NCBI GenBank assembly: GCA_963663865.1
Contig: OY760686.1
Coordinates: 224,001 to 288,000, forward strand
Reading direction: 5' to 3'
Source of the DNA: Spirochaetota bacterium
GTDB lineage: Bacteria; Spirochaetota; UBA4802; UBA5550
DNA: 64,000 bases
The translations under genes were made by a program, and so were the position numbers. The notes under the pieces are model-generated. The model saw nothing but the letters and a program-made list of their open reading frames with translations. It ran no database searches and was not told where the DNA came from. Positions within the stretch are counted from its first letter, which is position 1, and every line of letters begins with the position of its first letter. Below, in pieces: positions 60,079 through 64,000 of the stretch.

Positions 60079-61401
60079 ATGAGATTCCTTTCTTTACTCC
60101 TTGCCTTTATGTTTTTTTCCTGCAGCGGAGATTCATCCAGCAATGAAACTGCTGATACTCCGGAAGTCTACGATGAATATGACAGAGATATATCAAGCCT
60201 GGTTTCACCTAACGGTGTGACCTTCGACGAAGAGTTCAACAGCTACTGCACGAACATATACAATGAGGTCATGACAGAAAATGGAGAAACGAATTTTATG
60301 TTTTCCCCGTTTTCAGCAGCGGTTGCTCTGGCGATGACGGCAAATGGGGCCGGCGGCGAAACGCTGGACTCTATGCTCAATGTGCTTGGCTTTGGCGGCC
60401 TGTCCCTTGCGGACATGAACGGCTATTTGAGCAGTGTTACTTTATCTCTTTCTGATGAAAACAGCTCGTTTGAAGCCGCGAACAGCATCTGGTGCAGGGA
60501 AGATTTCACTCCGCTCAAGAGGTCATTTTACGAAATAGTAACAGATTACTATCTTGCAGATATCTATCTGCTTCAATCATACGAGCTCATCAATAGCTGG
60601 GTCAACGACAAGACCCACGGGAAAATTCCTGAACTTGTCAAAAAAGATATTGAAGGTGCGGCAATGGCCCTTGTGAACGCAATTTACTTCAAGGGGGATT
60701 GGACTTACCAATTTGAGGAAGACAACACGTCTTCGAAGAGTTTTACAACCCCTGCTGGTGAAGTACTTGTAGACATGATGTATCAGAGTGCTGAACTCCA
60801 ATATAAAAAAGGTGAAAACTATCAAGCTGTCGTGCTCAATTATTACGCTGAATGGAACGGACCAGCTTCAAGATTTTCCATGTACGTCTATCTCCCCGAT
60901 GACGCGGCTTCTCTCAGCGACTTTTACAGGCTGATGAATGGAGGGGAGACCGGTCACTACATGCCAGCGTATGTTGATGAAGCATGGAAATTCAGCTGGG
61001 AGGACAAAGATACAGATATTTTCTCTGACTTCACCAGCGCAACCGTCAGGCTTCATCTGCCGAAGTTTAAATCCGAAACAACAATCGATTTGAAAGAGAT
61101 TTTAACAAATATGGGGATGGGTTCTGCGTTTGACATAAATATCGCAGATTTTACCAACTTCTGGGATGGGAAAGAACTCTATATATCAAATGTTTTACAG
61201 AAAACATTCATTGAAGTAAATGAAACGGGAACAGAAGCCGCGGCAGCAACAGTGATCGTAGGTGACGACTGTGACGCACCTGAAGAGATTCCTCCACTTG
61301 TAGTTGATGTTAATGTCAACCGTCCTTTTTTCTACTGCATACGCGAAAACAAAACCGGGACGAACCTTTTTATGGGACAGGTCCTTAATCCCAATGAATA
61401 A
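60079..61401 (+). CDS. Serpin family lipoprotein
   Basis: Lipobox FFSC; NFMFSPFS, INSWV..KTHGKI, VNAIYFKGDW, LPKF, EVNETGTEAAAAT hinge, NRPF.Y.I.E.....LFMG. Confidence 0.93.
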   Translation: MRFLSLLLAFMFFSCSGDSSSNETADTPEVYDEYDRDISSLVSPNGVTFDEEFNSYCTNIYNEVMTENGETNFMFSPFSAAVALAMTANGAGGETLDSMLNVLGFGGLSLADMNGYLSSVTLSLSDENSSFEAANSIWCREDFTPLKRSFYEIVTDYYLADIYLLQSYELINSWVNDKTHGKIPELVKKDIEGAAMALVNAIYFKGDWTYQFEEDNTSSKSFTTPAGEVLVDMMYQSAELQYKKGENYQAVVLNYYAEWNGPASRFSMYVYLPDDAASLSDFYRLMNGGETGHYMPAYVDEAWKFSWEDKDTDIFSDFTSATVRLHLPKFKSETTIDLKEILTNMGMGSAFDINIADFTNFWDGKELYISNVLQKTFIEVNETGTEAAAATVIVGDDCDAPEEIPPLVVDVNVNRPFFYCIRENKTGTNLFMGQVLNPNE

Positions 61402-61866
61402 TCACATTTAAAACTCACCGACTATGCCGCCAGTTGTGCTGAATTGTGCAGCCGGCGGCTCTTCTTTGTCATCTGTCAATAAGGATGATACTTCTTACAA
61501 TAATTTTACCTGACCTCCTGGAACAAAAAAACTACATATACTTGAATGTATATCAGAACTATAAACCAAATCAGCCATATCACAGCAAGTGCTTACCACT
61601 ATTCTACATAATCTGCACCAGCACAATATTAGCACCGACAAGCTTACATTCGGAATTGGACAAATGTTCAGAATTGACGAAAATCACGTCTTCAATAAGC
61701 TCAGTGACGCCATGATCGGGTTTTTGGAGATTTATTATGACTATCTGGAAGCGTTGCAGAAAAGGATTGTATAGCTATAGATTAACTTCCTTTAGGAGAT
61801 TGAGGAGTTTGTGAAAAAAGATGTGGGAAAACGATAGAAGTAATATTTTCCGCCTACCTTTTTAAG

Positions 61867-61929
61867 TGTGGTCTGTTTTTTACCACATTAAGCTTGACAA
61901 CAACAATCTGTGGTATTATATTAACCACA
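61867..61929 (+). promoter_or_regulatory. Sigma70 promoter with two TGTGGT-N9-ACCACA operators
   Basis: Operators at 61867-61887 and 61909-61929; TTGACA (61894)-17 bp-TATATT (61917). Confidence 0.8.
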
Positions 61930-61972
61930 TTGTTTATTGATACAAATATTGAGGGAGAAGGAGGATAAATTT

Positions 61973-62335
61973 ATGAACGCTTTTTCTGCTTTTTTTAAAG
62001 AAATGCGTCAAAAGAAGGGAATCAGCTTAAGGCAATTTTGTTTGGAAAATCATTTTGACCCAAGCAATACTTCAAAGATGGAGAGGGGACTAATAAATCC
62101 ACCGAATGAAGAATTATTAAAAAAATACGCCTTAGCTCTCGAAATAAGCCTGTCATCACGAGAATGGGAAACAATGAGAGATTTAGCTCATGTTGCTAGA
62201 CAAACAATCCCACCAGAAGTGTTAACAGATGAGCAGGTCGCAGCCAGATTGCCTTTGTTTTTTAGAAGTGCCCGAGGAGAAAAACTTACAGAAGAAGAGT
62301 TAAAAGAATTACTGAGCATTATTAAAAAATCATAA
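61973..62335 (+). CDS. XRE-family HTH transcriptional regulator
   Basis: R.KKGISLRQF.......SN.SKMERG...PP; AAGGAGG RBS. Confidence 0.85.
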   Translation: MNAFSAFFKEMRQKKGISLRQFCLENHFDPSNTSKMERGLINPPNEELLKKYALALEISLSSREWETMRDLAHVARQTIPPEVLTDEQVAARLPLFFRSARGEKLTEEELKELLSIIKKS

Positions 62336-62347
62336 GAGGGATAATCT

Positions 62348-62986
62348 ATGGGTAATTACTATCTAAAATTTCAGCAATTAAAGGACAAAGCAAATGAATT
62401 GATATCAATGAATACAGAGTTATTTTCAAGAATACCCGTTGATATTGATTCTTTTGCTGAATTTTTAGGTTTAACTATTATTCCATCCCCTGGGTTCAAA
62501 AACACTGTAGCGAGGGATGCTTTTTTATCTCCATGCACAAAAGAGATATATGTTGATCAAGATTTACTATTAAACACAAGATTAGAATGTAAATATAGAT
62601 TTGCAATTTCTCACGAAATTGCCCATTATCATTTACACACAGACTATTATAACTCAATTATTACCAAGTCCCACTCTTGTGAAGATTGGATAAGGATTTA
62701 TCAAAATATTCCGGAAGAAAATTTCAGCCTCTTTGAGTATCAGGCAAATGCTGTTGGGGCCTGTATATTAATCCCAGATCATCATCTTGATAATTACTTT
62801 GACGATACATTAAAACTTTTTGAAAAACAGATAACAAATGCCAAAACAGGCGGGATTGATAGAGATTCATATTTAGAATATGTTATAGACGGAATAGCGA
62901 ATAGGATTTCGTCAAAGTTTAATGTGTCTGTGCAAGCAATGACTTTGCGATTTAATGATTATAAGTATAAGAAAAGAATTCCATAA
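62348..62986 (+). CDS. ImmA/IrrE-family metallo-endopeptidase
   Basis: IPVDI, RFAISHEIAHY.LH (HExxH), EYQAN.....ILIP, FNVS..AM..R. Confidence 0.88.
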   Translation: MGNYYLKFQQLKDKANELISMNTELFSRIPVDIDSFAEFLGLTIIPSPGFKNTVARDAFLSPCTKEIYVDQDLLLNTRLECKYRFAISHEIAHYHLHTDYYNSIITKSHSCEDWIRIYQNIPEENFSLFEYQANAVGACILIPDHHLDNYFDDTLKLFEKQITNAKTGGIDRDSYLEYVIDGIANRISSKFNVSVQAMTLRFNDYKYKKRIP

Positions 62987-63343
62987 TCAATGTAATGAAT
63001 CATTTATTTAGGAAGTAACTAATTTTCAAGCATTCTCCTATAATTCTACTGACGCCTTATTGAAAAGGACAGGCCGAAATGAACATTATTGAACTGCGCT
63101 TTTTTTGACATCGTAACAGCTCAAGCCACACCAAACACGCATTATTGCGACTATGGCAAATTGTCAATTACACCATTGTACTGCCATCGATGCCGCAGCC
63201 CCGTACTGCTTTTGTTAGATAATGATTCGACGAGCTTCCGTTAATAATCTCCTGAAGTCCACATGAGCTTCATCGCACTTTGACCATCAATATGCAACGA
63301 AGCTCACTTCGATGTAACATTGCCCGGCAAACCACCCACCCGG

Positions 63344-64000
63344 TTACTTCACCACTATCTGATCGGGATCAAAGGAATCATATTCCTCACCGGCACTACT
63401 GTAATCTATATTCTGCCAGACTTCATTTTTAAAATAGCCCACAGATGCTTTATAGTATGGCATTTCAGTCCAGTCAGTCCACTCGCCTGAATAGCCCAGC
63501 ACGTAGTAATCTTCACCACAGACAGACATTGACGTTATACGAAAGTTCTCTCCGTATGATGTCGAAAGCCCCTTCCACTGTCCGTTCACAAAGCAGCCAG
63601 CCTTTCTAACCTGATCGTACTGTACAGCAGCTACAACTGAACCGCCCTCCGTCACTCCTATACCTTTAATGACGGCATACTCAATTGCCCCCTCTGGCGC
63701 AAGCTCAACCCACTCTCCGTTTTTCCAGTAACCGATAGATGAAATATCATTTTCATCCCAGGCGCTGCCCGCAAAATAAACATCACTGCCCTTTATACAG
63801 CTTGACATGACCTGCCCAGAGGACGCCCCGTTTGGAAGGGATAACTCATGAAGCTCCCCGTTTAGCCAGTATGCAGGTTTAGCATCGACCCAACCTCCAA
63901 TATAAATATTATTGTCATCTATCTGTATTGTACAGGCAAATGTATCTCTGCCCATCAGTCTCACTGCACTCTGATTTTCTCCAACAACATCAATCTGATA
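63344..64000 (-). CDS. Hypothetical beta-propeller-like repeat protein, 5' part outside the window
   Basis: Frame open to the window edge; repeats of D.Y..G......YW.NG. Confidence 0.7.
   Translation of the reverse strand, partial: YQIDVVGENQSAVRLMGRDTFACTIQIDDNNIYIGGWVDAKPAYWLNGELHELSLPNGASSGQVMSSCIKGSDVYFAGSAWDENDISSIGYWKNGEWVELAPEGAIEYAVIKGIGVTEGGSVVAAVQYDQVRKAGCFVNGQWKGLSTSYGENFRITSMSVCGEDYYVLGYSGEWTDWTEMPYYKASVGYFKNEVWQNIDYSSAGEEYDSFDPDQIVVK

Noticed and set aside
61446-61774. Short ORFs between the serpin and the XRE gene
   Set aside because: Non-ATG starts and no recognisable motif; possibly a gene remnant but unsupported
1-64000. tRNA, rRNA, riboswitch or intact integrase/transposase genes
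   Set aside because: None recognised by eye; a covariance-model scan would be needed to exclude small RNAs

Overview
64-kb bacterial window, probably from an anaerobic spirochaete-like organism (inferred from the many lipoproteins, a membrane-anchored AraC, an FG-GAP/RHS toxin and attC-like repeats; not provable here). A moderately GC-rich backbone carries gapN, mntH, arsM, ogt, ribF, a dinG-family helicase, chemoreceptors and two unusual fusions, aroK-aroC and mtnN-apt. It is interrupted by AT-rich accessory blocks. The most notable block (10116-15862) has the boundary signatures of an integrase-less two-cassette integron array. It carries a HEPN-motif gene broken by one in-frame TAA and a 4.2-kb Avs2-like STAND anti-phage gene, which is further bracketed by an inner inverted repeat. 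Other notable items: a lipoprotein SpvB/FG-GAP/RHS toxin with an AT-rich tip and immunity candidate, an unannotated 50-aa Fic antitoxin, and a ~5.4-kb island at the dinG 3' end (69-bp direct repeat). Also a YoeB module between 37-bp direct repeats, REP-like palindromes with 18-bp tandem arrays flanking arsM, a serpin with a CrmA-like loop, and an XRE/ImmA pair with twin operators. No rRNA, tRNA or CRISPR array was seen. All family assignments are by-eye motif recognition, not database searches.
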